In this document: positions 35,752-44,007 of the stretch, one piece after another
How positions within the stretch are numbered: position 1 is the first letter of the stretch
Layout: every line of letters begins with the position of its first letter
From: a virus
Taxonomy: Duplodnaviria; Caudoviricetes
Virus record (IMG/VR): IMGVR_UViG_3300016665_000195
Coordinates: 2,150 to 66,149 of that record
Reading direction: 5' to 3' (one strand)
Length of the DNA: 64,000 bases
The notes under the pieces: model-generated
Seen by the model: only the letters and a program-made list of their open reading frames with translations
The model's database searches: none
What the model was told of the DNA's origin: nothing
Made by a program: the position numbers and the translations under genes

Positions 35752-35980
35752 AGGCGGTCTTGGCAAGTGGTTTGGTGAACAGTGGGTCGACGTGAAGACC
35801 GGCAAGGAGTGTGGCCGGTCCGGCGGCGAGAAGAACTCGCGCGCCTACCCCGCCTGCCGCCCCAAGGCTGCTGCGAAGAAGCTGACGACGACCGAACGCT
35901 CTGCGATGGCTTCCAAGAAGACCAGTTCGGCCCGACAATCATGGCCGGTTACGCCTTCGGGTAAGCGGAAAAAATCATGA
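35744..35980 (+). CDS. small basic conserved phage protein
   Basis: MAKGGLGKWFGEQWVDVKTGKECGRS...YPACRPK. Confidence 0.8.
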   Translation: MAKGGLGKWFGEQWVDVKTGKECGRSGGEKNSRAYPACRPKAAAKKLTTTERSAMASKKTSSARQSWPVTPSGKRKKS

Positions 35981-36465
35981 GCGATTTCGACCGTGCCTTT
36001 GAGATCATCCTCAAGGAGGAAGGTGGGCTGTCCACCGACCCCCGGGATCCCGGCGGCGTTACGAAGTACGGCATCGCGCAGAAGTTCTACCCGGCGCTGG
36101 ACATTCCGAACCTGACGAAGGAAGACGCCAAGGCGATCTACTTCACGGATTACTGGATGCCGGTGCGAGCCAACGAGTTGCCGTGGCCGCTCTGTCTGTA
36201 CGTGTTCGACTGCGCGGTGAACCAAGGGGTGCCGACCGCCGTCCGCCTGCTGCAGGAATCGCTCGGTGTACGCATCGACGGCAAGTTCGGCCCGGTTACG
36301 CTGCAGGCAGCCCGTGCTGTCTCGGCGCGGGGCATGGCTAGGTTCATGGCGATCCGCGCGCGGCGCTATGCGGTGACGACCAACTTCAATATCTACGGCA
36401 CCGGGTGGTTTACTCGGCTTTTCACGGTCACCCACGCGGGTGCTACTTCGGAGTCCTCGACATGA
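35977..36465 (+). CDS. endolysin, glycoside hydrolase family 108
   Basis: EEGGLSTDPRDPGGVTKYGI...YFTDYW...FDCAVNQG...LLQ...DGKFGPVTL...GTGWFTR. Confidence 0.92.
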   Translation: MSDFDRAFEIILKEEGGLSTDPRDPGGVTKYGIAQKFYPALDIPNLTKEDAKAIYFTDYWMPVRANELPWPLCLYVFDCAVNQGVPTAVRLLQESLGVRIDGKFGPVTLQAARAVSARGMARFMAIRARRYAVTTNFNIYGTGWFTRLFTVTHAGATSESST

Positions 36466-36638
36466 AAGATTACCTTCTCGCCCGAATTCGTGAAGCGTCT
36501 ACGTGGCGCGGCGTCGTCATGCTGCTGACCGCTGCTGGCGTTGCTCTTAGCGCTGCGCAAACGGAAGCCCTCGTGGCTCTTGGCATGGCGGTTGCCGGCG
36601 TCATCGGCGTGTTCGTTCCGGACGCCAAGAAGGCGTGA
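36462..36638 (+). CDS. holin (putative)
   Basis: MKDYLLARIREASTWRG followed by two hydrophobic helices; follows the endolysin. Confidence 0.75.
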   Translation: MKDYLLARIREASTWRGVVMLLTAAGVALSAAQTEALVALGMAVAGVIGVFVPDAKKA

Positions 36639-36763
36639 ACCGGTTCTGGCGGTGGTTTCGCTGGCACGTTTGGGTGGAGCCCGTTGAGCTTCCGCCCGGC
36701 TACGAACCACCGCCTCTTCGTGATCGATTGAAGTTCTTCATTGGAATCCGCGGACGTTTCTAG
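36635..36763 (+). CDS. small Trp/Arg-rich peptide (42 aa)
   Basis: Manual translation MNRFWRWFRWHVWVEPVELPPGYEPPPLRDRLKFFIGIRGRF; GTGA overlap with the holin stop; fills the gap to the next gene. Confidence 0.5.
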   Translation: MNRFWRWFRWHVWVEPVELPPGYEPPPLRDRLKFFIGIRGRF

Positions 36764-36765
36764 GC

Positions 36766-38925
36766 ATGCCGCTTACCACGCTTCGGTTCAAGCCCGGCGT
36801 CAGTCGGGAGTCGACGACGCTCGCCAACGAGGGTGGTTGGTTTGAGTGCGACAAGATTCGCTTTCGTTCCGGCCAGCCCGAGAAGATCGGCGGGTGGGTG
36901 CGGGATACCGGCATGCAGTCCGGGGGCCTGCCGCCCACGACGGGCGCGTACTGGGGCGTTGCGCGCAACCTGCGCAACTGGGTGACCCTCGCCGGCTACA
37001 ACCTGCTCGGGATTGGTACGGAACTGAAGTACTACATCCAGAACACCGTTGACGGCCTGATCTACGATGTCACGCCGATTCGTCTGACGACGGCGGCAGG
37101 TGCGATCACGTTCACTGCCACCAACGGCTCGACGCTGGTCACCGTCAACCACACTGCGCACGGCGCGCTGATCGGGGATTTCGTTACCTTCAGCGGTGCG
37201 GTGTCGCTGGGTGGCACGGTCACGGCCACGGTGCTGAATGCCGAGCATCGCGTCTACGCGGTGCTGAACGGGAACTCGTACCAGATCAAGGTGGCGCTCT
37301 CGGCCACGGCATCCGACAGTGGCAACGGCGGCGCGTCGGTCGTCGGTAACTACCAGTTATCCACTGGCCTGTCGATTTCCGGTGCCACCTCGGGCTGGGG
37401 TGCGGGTGGCTGGGGTGGCGTGACGCCCGGGGTGTCGAATTCTGGTTGGGGTCAAGCGGCGACCGCTGCGCTCGTCACCGCACCGCTGCGGCTCTGGAGC
37501 AGCGCGAACTTCGGCGAGAACCTAATCATCAACCCGCGTGGCGGCGCGCTCTACTACTGGCGTACCAACGCGAACCCGAACGTCTTCAACCGGGCCACGC
37601 GGCTGACGTACCAGACGTTCACGGTCAACATCTCGACCCCTGCGGCGGCTGCATTCACGTTTTCCGAAGCCCTGCCGAACGGCACGGCAGTTACGCTGAG
37701 TACGACTGGAGCATTGCCTACGGGCCTGACGGCCGGCTCGACGTACTACGTCGTCAATAGCACCAACTTGTCGGCGACGTTCAACGGCACGCCGATCGTC
37801 ACCTCGGGTACGCAGTCCGGCACCCACTCCCTGCTCGTCACGGACTGCCCGACGGTCGCCAACTACGTCCTCGTCTCCGATAACTCCCGGTTCGTGATCG
37901 CGTTTGGCGTGAACGACTACGGCTCCACGGTGCAGGATCCGCTGCTGATTCGCTGGTCGGATCAGGAAAGCTACAACTCGTGGTACCCGCAGGCGACGAA
38001 CCAAGCGGGCAGCTACCGGCTGAGTATCGGCTCGGAGATCGTGACTGCCCAGCAGACGAAGCAGGAGATCCTCGTCTGGACGAACGCGGCGCTGTACTCG
38101 ATGCAGTACCTCGGACCGCCATACGTGTGGGGCATCCAGCCGCTCGGCACCAACATCACGATCATCAGCCCGCGCGCGGCTTCGACGGCCAACAACATCA
38201 CCTACTGGATGGGTGATGACAAGTTCTACATGTACTCCGGGCAGGTGCAGACTCTGCAGTGCACGTTGCGCCAGTATGTGTTCGGGGACATCAACCTGAG
38301 CCAGAAGGCGCAGTTCTTCTCCGGTACGAACGAAGGGTTCAACGAGGTCTGGTGGTTCTACTGTTCCGCCAACTCCACGACCATCGACAAGTACGTGGTC
38401 TACAACCATCTGGAAAACATCTGGTACTACGGATCGCTGGCGCGTACCGCGTGGCTCGACTCGACGCTGCGCGTCTACCCGATTGCGGCTGGATACAACG
38501 GCCAGATCCTGTACCACGAAAACGGTGTGGACGACGGCAGCACGACGCCGCCTTCGGCGATCTCCTCGTACATCCAGACCGCAGACTTCGATATCGGCGA
38601 CGGGCATAATTACGGATTCGTGTGGCGGATCATCCCCGACGTGACGTTCGATGGGTCCACCTCTGGAACGCCGCAGGTCAACTTCTCCGTGCGGCCTCGG
38701 CGCAATCCGGGCGCAGCCTACGGTGCTGCAGCCGACCCGAACGTGGTGAGCGTGAACAACTACTCCGGGCAGCGCAACTACACCGTCCAGCGGTTCACGG
38801 AGATCGTGTACACGCGCATTCGTGGGCGGCAGATGGCGCTGAAGATCAGTTCCGATCAGGTAGGTACCCACTGGCAGTTCGGCGCTCCGCGACTCGACGT
38901 GCGTCCTGACGGCCGAGCAAGCTAG
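36766..38925 (+). CDS. tail nozzle/stabilisation protein (P22 gp10-like beta-propeller)
   Basis: MPLTTLRFKPGV...W..CDKIRFR.GQPEKIGGW...LIRWSDQE..W.P.ATNQAG..RL..GSEIV. Confidence 0.8.
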   Translation: MPLTTLRFKPGVSRESTTLANEGGWFECDKIRFRSGQPEKIGGWVRDTGMQSGGLPPTTGAYWGVARNLRNWVTLAGYNLLGIGTELKYYIQNTVDGLIYDVTPIRLTTAAGAITFTATNGSTLVTVNHTAHGALIGDFVTFSGAVSLGGTVTATVLNAEHRVYAVLNGNSYQIKVALSATASDSGNGGASVVGNYQLSTGLSISGATSGWGAGGWGGVTPGVSNSGWGQAATAALVTAPLRLWSSANFGENLIINPRGGALYYWRTNANPNVFNRATRLTYQTFTVNISTPAAAAFTFSEALPNGTAVTLSTTGALPTGLTAGSTYYVVNSTNLSATFNGTPIVTSGTQSGTHSLLVTDCPTVANYVLVSDNSRFVIAFGVNDYGSTVQDPLLIRWSDQESYNSWYPQATNQAGSYRLSIGSEIVTAQQTKQEILVWTNAALYSMQYLGPPYVWGIQPLGTNITIISPRAASTANNITYWMGDDKFYMYSGQVQTLQCTLRQYVFGDINLSQKAQFFSGTNEGFNEVWWFYCSANSTTIDKYVVYNHLENIWYYGSLARTAWLDSTLRVYPIAAGYNGQILYHENGVDDGSTTPPSAISSYIQTADFDIGDGHNYGFVWRIIPDVTFDGSTSGTPQVNFSVRPRRNPGAAYGAAADPNVVSVNNYSGQRNYTVQRFTEIVYTRIRGRQMALKISSDQVGTHWQFGAPRLDVRPDGRAS

Positions 38926-38927
38926 AC

Positions 38928-39542
38928 ATGCCGCAGATCCTCCCGCCCTCCGACCCGATGCTACCTGCGGCGCCTGCGCAATACGTGCAGAGCCAGCACG
39001 ATCAGGTCTACCGTGCGCTGCGGCTGTACTTCAATCAGGTGAATTCCGCGTTCCAGCAGGTGCTGGTCGGGTTCAACCACTACGCGACGTTTCTCGATAC
39101 GACGACGCAGGCTCCTGCGCTGGCGAACACTGCCTACCCGGTTACGTTCAACAGCGTGGCCGAGGGGTTCGGAATTACACGCGACTCGGCGGACACCTCC
39201 CGTATTACGGTCGAACGGGCCGGCGTCTACAACTTCCAGTTCTCGGCGCAGCTTGACCACGTAGGTGGCGGTGCGGTGGCGTTCTACTTCTGGTTCCGGC
39301 AGAACGGGGTGGATATCCCGAACTCCGCTACCAAGGTGGTGGTGTCCGGTCCGAACGCCGAGACCTGTGCTGCGTGGAACTACCTGATCACGATGGCCAG
39401 TGGCGACTACTTCCAACTGGTCTGGAGTTCGGACTCCACGGATGCCCGGCTGCTCGCAGCCCCCGCCGCTGCTCCAGTTCCCGCTATCCCGTCCGTCATC
39501 ATGACGGTAACATACGTTTATCCCAATGCAGCAGAGCGCTAG
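38928..39542 (+). CDS. tail tip protein with C1q/TNF-like domain
   Basis: N-terminal LPAAPAQY...LRLYFNQ; SRITVERAGVYNFQFSAQL...FWFRQNGVDIPNSA. Confidence 0.7.
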   Translation: MPQILPPSDPMLPAAPAQYVQSQHDQVYRALRLYFNQVNSAFQQVLVGFNHYATFLDTTTQAPALANTAYPVTFNSVAEGFGITRDSADTSRITVERAGVYNFQFSAQLDHVGGGAVAFYFWFRQNGVDIPNSATKVVVSGPNAETCAAWNYLITMASGDYFQLVWSSDSTDARLLAAPAAAPVPAIPSVIMTVTYVYPNAAER

Positions 39543-39557
39543 CCTGCTGGAGCGCAT

Positions 39558-40892
39558 ATGAGTCTTCACGATATCGCCCAAACTTTGGCGGCGCGGGGGC
39601 GCGAAGGCGACTCCATGCTCGTTCACATGACGCCCGGCGAGGTCAACGGCCTCCAAGCACTGGCGATGGCGCACGGGGGATCGCTCTCGGTCAACCCCGA
39701 CACCGGCCTGCCGGAGGCGAACTTCCTCAAGTCCATTCTTCCGATGATCGCGGGAGGCGCGCTTGCCATGACCGGTATCGGCGCCGTGCCTGCGGCGCTA
39801 CTCGTCGGTGGCGGTACTGCACTTGCTTCCAAGGATCTCGGCAAGGGCTTCATGGCGGGCCTGAGCGCGTTCGGCGGTGCGGGTCTAGCGGGTGGCATCT
39901 CGGCGCTGGGAGCCAAGGCGGCGGGCGATGCTGCGGTGCAAGGTCTGGCCAACAGTGCGGCCAGCACGGGCGACGTTCTGGCGGCGGCAAACCAAGCTGC
40001 CGATGCCGCGACGGGTCTTGGAGCAGCGGGCGCAGGTGCCGGTGCAGCCGGTGCCGCCCCTAGCGCAGCTACCGGGATGTCCAACTTCCAGACCGGTCTG
40101 GGCGCTGCCGTGCGCAATCCGTCCGCGCTGGTCTCTCAGCTTGGCGGCAACAAGGCGGCACTGCAGACCTTCGGTATGGCGGGTGCTCCTGCGATCATGG
40201 AGGGTATGACCCCGCCCCCTGTTGAGCAGCAACAGCAGCCTGTTACGCGGCATCCGATGATTGCCCCGACTCGGTACCAGTACGCCGACGGCGGTCTGGC
40301 CGGGCTGTCCAACAACCCGTACTACACGATGTCGGGCGAGTCGGGCGACATGTACCAGTACCTGATGGGTAACCGCCCGTACAGCGTGGCGACGGAAGCT
40401 GCGCGTGCCCGTCCGCCCGGCCCGACGAAGGTCATCGGTGCCCAGTACGAAGGGCTGCCGCAGTATAGCTACGATACGCGCAAGGGTCAGATCGATTTGG
40501 TTACGCCGGAAAAACCGGCCGCTACGGCGGATGCCACTGGAGCGTCTGGCCCGCAACAAGATTGGTTCCGCACCACGTCGCAGGGTGGTGAAGGCGGCTA
40601 CGCAACTGGTGGCCTGATGGGTCTTGCCGGTGGCGGTCGCCTGCTGACCGGTCCGGGTGATGGTGTGAGCGACAGCATCCCGGCGCACATCGACGGCAAG
40701 ACCCCGGCGCGCCTTGCGACCGGTGAATTCGTATTCGATGCCCGCACCGTCTCCGAGATTGGTAATGGCGACACCCGTGCCGGTGCCAAGAAGCTCTACG
40801 CTGTGATGAACGCGATCCATCGGGAGCGGGCGAACGCCAAGCGCGGTGAACCCTCCGGTGCTGATCGGCAACTGAACAAGCTGCTTGGATGA
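39558..40892 (+). CDS. internal virion/ejection protein
   Basis: GREGDSMLVHMTPGEV...NPDTGLPEA; hydrophobic Gly/Ala segments; GPGDGVSDSIPA...LATGEFVF. Confidence 0.75.
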   Translation: MSLHDIAQTLAARGREGDSMLVHMTPGEVNGLQALAMAHGGSLSVNPDTGLPEANFLKSILPMIAGGALAMTGIGAVPAALLVGGGTALASKDLGKGFMAGLSAFGGAGLAGGISALGAKAAGDAAVQGLANSAASTGDVLAAANQAADAATGLGAAGAGAGAAGAAPSAATGMSNFQTGLGAAVRNPSALVSQLGGNKAALQTFGMAGAPAIMEGMTPPPVEQQQQPVTRHPMIAPTRYQYADGGLAGLSNNPYYTMSGESGDMYQYLMGNRPYSVATEAARARPPGPTKVIGAQYEGLPQYSYDTRKGQIDLVTPEKPAATADATGASGPQQDWFRTTSQGGEGGYATGGLMGLAGGGRLLTGPGDGVSDSIPAHIDGKTPARLATGEFVFDARTVSEIGNGDTRAGAKKLYAVMNAIHRERANAKRGEPSGADRQLNKLLG

Positions 40893-41293
40893 AGGTAGAG
40901 CTTGTTCCGCTGGAGTGGGTGAACCGGTTGTGGCCTGCGGTCGAGTCGTACATCGACGCCGCACTGGACTGGGCAAACGGCGACTACACGGTGGAACATG
41001 CTCGGGTGTTGGTGACGACCGGCCAGTGGCTGCTGGTGGTGGTAACTGACGGCGCAACGATACATGGTGCGGTGACAATCAGCATGTTCAACCGACCCAC
41101 GGATCGGGTTGCGTTTATCACTGCGATGGGCGGCTCCGGGATTTCCTCGCCTGAGACGTTTGACCAGTTGAAGGCTATCGTCGCTGCGCAGGGGGCTACC
41201 GTGCTGGAAGGTGCCGTACGTGAATCGGTAGAACGGTTTTGCCGGCGCTACGGGTTCGATGAGAAGTACAGAATTGTCGGAGTGAAGCTATGA
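40889..41293 (+). CDS. GNAT-like protein of the ejection module
   Basis: LWPAVESYIDAAL...GQWLLVVV...VAFITAMGG...RFCRRYGF. Confidence 0.6.
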   Translation: MKVELVPLEWVNRLWPAVESYIDAALDWANGDYTVEHARVLVTTGQWLLVVVTDGATIHGAVTISMFNRPTDRVAFITAMGGSGISSPETFDQLKAIVAAQGATVLEGAVRESVERFCRRYGFDEKYRIVGVKL

Positions 41294-42276
41294 GCAACTG
41301 GAGCCGTGCGGCGGCTAATCTCGGAGAGCCGGATCTTCCCGTCGATGCGTTCCAGCATGTCGGTGACGGTCGGATCAAACTGCACGCGGGCGGCGGTGGT
41401 GGACCGTCGCAGACGCAAACCACGCAGACGACGATCCCCGACTACGCCAAACCCTATGTGCAGTCTGCGTTGGGTAAGGCCGACGCCCTGACCAGCGCTC
41501 CGTTCCAAGCCTATACCGGTGAGCGGACGGCGCAGTTCACGCCGCTTCAGCAGCAGGCGTTCGCGGGAGCGCAGGGGCTTGGCCCGTCGGAGTACATCGC
41601 GCAGTCTGCCCGCATGGCGCAGCAGCCCGGGCAGTTTGGTACCGAGCAAGCGCAGCAGTACATGTCGCCGTACATGCAGAATGTCGTCGACATCGAGAAG
41701 CGGGAAGCGGCGCGGCAAGCGGGGATTGCGGGCCTGCAACAGCATGCGCAGGCGGTTGGGCAAGGTGCGTTCGGCGGTGGGCGTGATGCGATCATGCGTG
41801 CCGAAGCGGGGCGGAATCTTGCCACCCAGATGGGTGACATCCAGTCGCGCGGGCTGCAGTCTGCGTACACGGCGGCGCAAAACCAGTTTAACGAGGACAT
41901 GCGGCGCAACCTGATGGCATCGCAGCAGTTGGGTAACCTCGGTGGCGAGCAGTTCCGGCAGCAGGTTGGTGCGTTGGGGCTCCAGAGCCAACTTGGCGGG
42001 CAGCAGCAGGCGCAGGTGCAGCGCGGGCTGGATACTCGGTATCAGGACTTCCAAGCACAGCTTCAGCATCCGTATCAACAGATTGGCTTCATGTCCGATC
42101 TGTTCCGGGGCATGCCGATGTCGAACACCACGCAGCAGATCTACGCTGCCCCGCCGTCTCCGATCTCGCAGCTTGGGGGCCTTGCACTAGCGGGCTACGG
42201 TCTGACGCGGGCGGGCGGCGGGGAGATCCCTTCGGGTGCAGGACTTGCGGATCTTGCGGTTCAACGGATGCGGTAA
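41290..42276 (+). CDS. ejection protein (P22 gp7-like)
   Basis: Leader followed by GGGGGPSQTQTTQTTIPDYAKPY; Gln/Gly/Ala-rich; GAFGGGR. Confidence 0.75.
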   Translation: MSNWSRAAANLGEPDLPVDAFQHVGDGRIKLHAGGGGGPSQTQTTQTTIPDYAKPYVQSALGKADALTSAPFQAYTGERTAQFTPLQQQAFAGAQGLGPSEYIAQSARMAQQPGQFGTEQAQQYMSPYMQNVVDIEKREAARQAGIAGLQQHAQAVGQGAFGGGRDAIMRAEAGRNLATQMGDIQSRGLQSAYTAAQNQFNEDMRRNLMASQQLGNLGGEQFRQQVGALGLQSQLGGQQQAQVQRGLDTRYQDFQAQLQHPYQQIGFMSDLFRGMPMSNTTQQIYAAPPSPISQLGGLALAGYGLTRAGGGEIPSGAGLADLAVQRMR

Positions 42277-42285
42277 GGAACGGCC

Positions 42286-44004
42286 ATGATTAACGTCAAC
42301 CAGATCACCGCCATCCTTGAAAGGCTGCCCGACGCGCAGCTTCAGCAGTACGCGGCGATGCACAAGCAGGATCCGTATACGCTCGCACTCGCCGTTGAGG
42401 AGTCGAACCGCCGCAAGCGCATGCGCGCCGCACCGCAGGGCCAGCCTCAGCAGCAAGGCGAAGCCCCGCCGATCAACGAGCAGGCAGTGCAGGCAATGGC
42501 TCCCGAAGATATCGGGATTGCGCAACTTCCGACCGGCGACATGGAGTTTGCCGACGGTGGGATCATCGCGTTCGCGGGCGGTGCCGGCGAAGGGGGAGTC
42601 CAGCAACCGGCCACTCCTGCTGGTCGCTGGTTCAGTGGTCTTAGGGATGCGTACAGTAGGAACGCTGAAATCGCGAGCCTGCAGCGTGCGCTAAAAGCGC
42701 AGTACGGTCCAGCTTCGGCGGTACCCGGCCTTTTCATGACGCAGTCGGATGAGGAGCGTCAACGGGCCAAAGACATCATGAGTCGGCTGGATCAGATGAG
42801 CCCTGCTGAAATGCGGTTCATCCTTGAAAACGGTCCGGGTGCGATGGCCCCCGCCCAACCGGCAGCCCCGGCAAAAGGTGCTGCACCGGCAACCGCCGCC
42901 GGCGCCCCGACGCCTGAGAAGAAAGAAGACGCTCCGAAACTAAACGTGGATGGCGTAGGCGGTCCGCCTCGCGAGCAACCCGAGGGCCGTGCCGGCCTGC
43001 CTGCTGTTGCTATGCCTACTGTTTCCGCGTTCCCGGTGCGCAAGCCGTTCCAAGAGCAATACGCAGCCGCTCGGGCTACCCTTTCGGACGAGATGCCGGA
43101 AAACATCCGTCGCGAAATGGACGCAGCGTCCAAAGCTGAAGTCGAACGTACGGAAGAGGCGCTCAGGAGATACGAAGCGGAGCGTCCGCAGGGGCTGGCC
43201 CGTGAAGGGCTGCAGAAACGGCTGGAGAAGGAAGAAGCTGAAGTTCCGCAGAAGAAGGAAGAAAACTTCCGGATGGCACTTGTCAACGCCGGTCTTGCGA
43301 TGATGGCCAGTACCAGTCCGCATGCGTTCGTTGGCATCGGTACAGGTGCACAGCAAGGCATGAAGTCGTATCAGGAAGGTCTGAAAGATCTTGAGAAAGC
43401 CGCTGAGAAGCGGCGCGAGCTTATGGATGCGGTCGAGCAAACCCGCCGTGCGGAAGCCGAAGGTCGGGCCAAGGATGCATTGGCTGGGCGCAACAGGATC
43501 AACGAGATCCACTCGCAGTGGACGAAAACTCGCGTTGACTTCCTCGTCCAGCGGACCGGTACGAACGACGCGGAAGCCCGTGCGATGGTTAGGCACGAAG
43601 ACGCCATCAACGAGAGCCGTGCGAAGGCTACGTTGGAAGCCACCACTCGTCTCCAGACCGCGCAGATAGCCGCAAATGCTTCGCTGGCCGCAGCAAGTAG
43701 AGCGCAGACCGCGCAGGAGCGGGCCCTTGCCGCTACCCAGATCCGCGAGCGCGCTGCTAATCTCCGTAAGGAACTGGAGCTTGCGGCCAAGCTCATCAAC
43801 ACGCCAAATCCGCTAATGCAAGGCGCGGATAAGCAACTCGCATTGAAGCAGTACGAAGACGCAAGTGCTGAGCTTCAAAGGATGAATGAAGAATTGGCGC
43901 GGCTGTCCGGGATGCCAACAAGGGCTTCTACTGCGGGTACTGCCTCTACTGGCGCACCTGCACAGGGCAATCGCGTACCGAAAGAAGCTTTCTGGAAGCA
44001 ATAA
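42286..44004 (+). CDS. ejection protein (gp20-like)
   Basis: Helical Ala/Glu/Gln-rich; ALVNAGLAMMAS...IGTGAQQGMKSY. Confidence 0.7.
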   Translation: MINVNQITAILERLPDAQLQQYAAMHKQDPYTLALAVEESNRRKRMRAAPQGQPQQQGEAPPINEQAVQAMAPEDIGIAQLPTGDMEFADGGIIAFAGGAGEGGVQQPATPAGRWFSGLRDAYSRNAEIASLQRALKAQYGPASAVPGLFMTQSDEERQRAKDIMSRLDQMSPAEMRFILENGPGAMAPAQPAAPAKGAAPATAAGAPTPEKKEDAPKLNVDGVGGPPREQPEGRAGLPAVAMPTVSAFPVRKPFQEQYAAARATLSDEMPENIRREMDAASKAEVERTEEALRRYEAERPQGLAREGLQKRLEKEEAEVPQKKEENFRMALVNAGLAMMASTSPHAFVGIGTGAQQGMKSYQEGLKDLEKAAEKRRELMDAVEQTRRAEAEGRAKDALAGRNRINEIHSQWTKTRVDFLVQRTGTNDAEARAMVRHEDAINESRAKATLEATTRLQTAQIAANASLAAASRAQTAQERALAATQIRERAANLRKELELAAKLINTPNPLMQGADKQLALKQYEDASAELQRMNEELARLSGMPTRASTAGTASTGAPAQGNRVPKEAFWKQ

Positions 44005-44007
44005 CCC

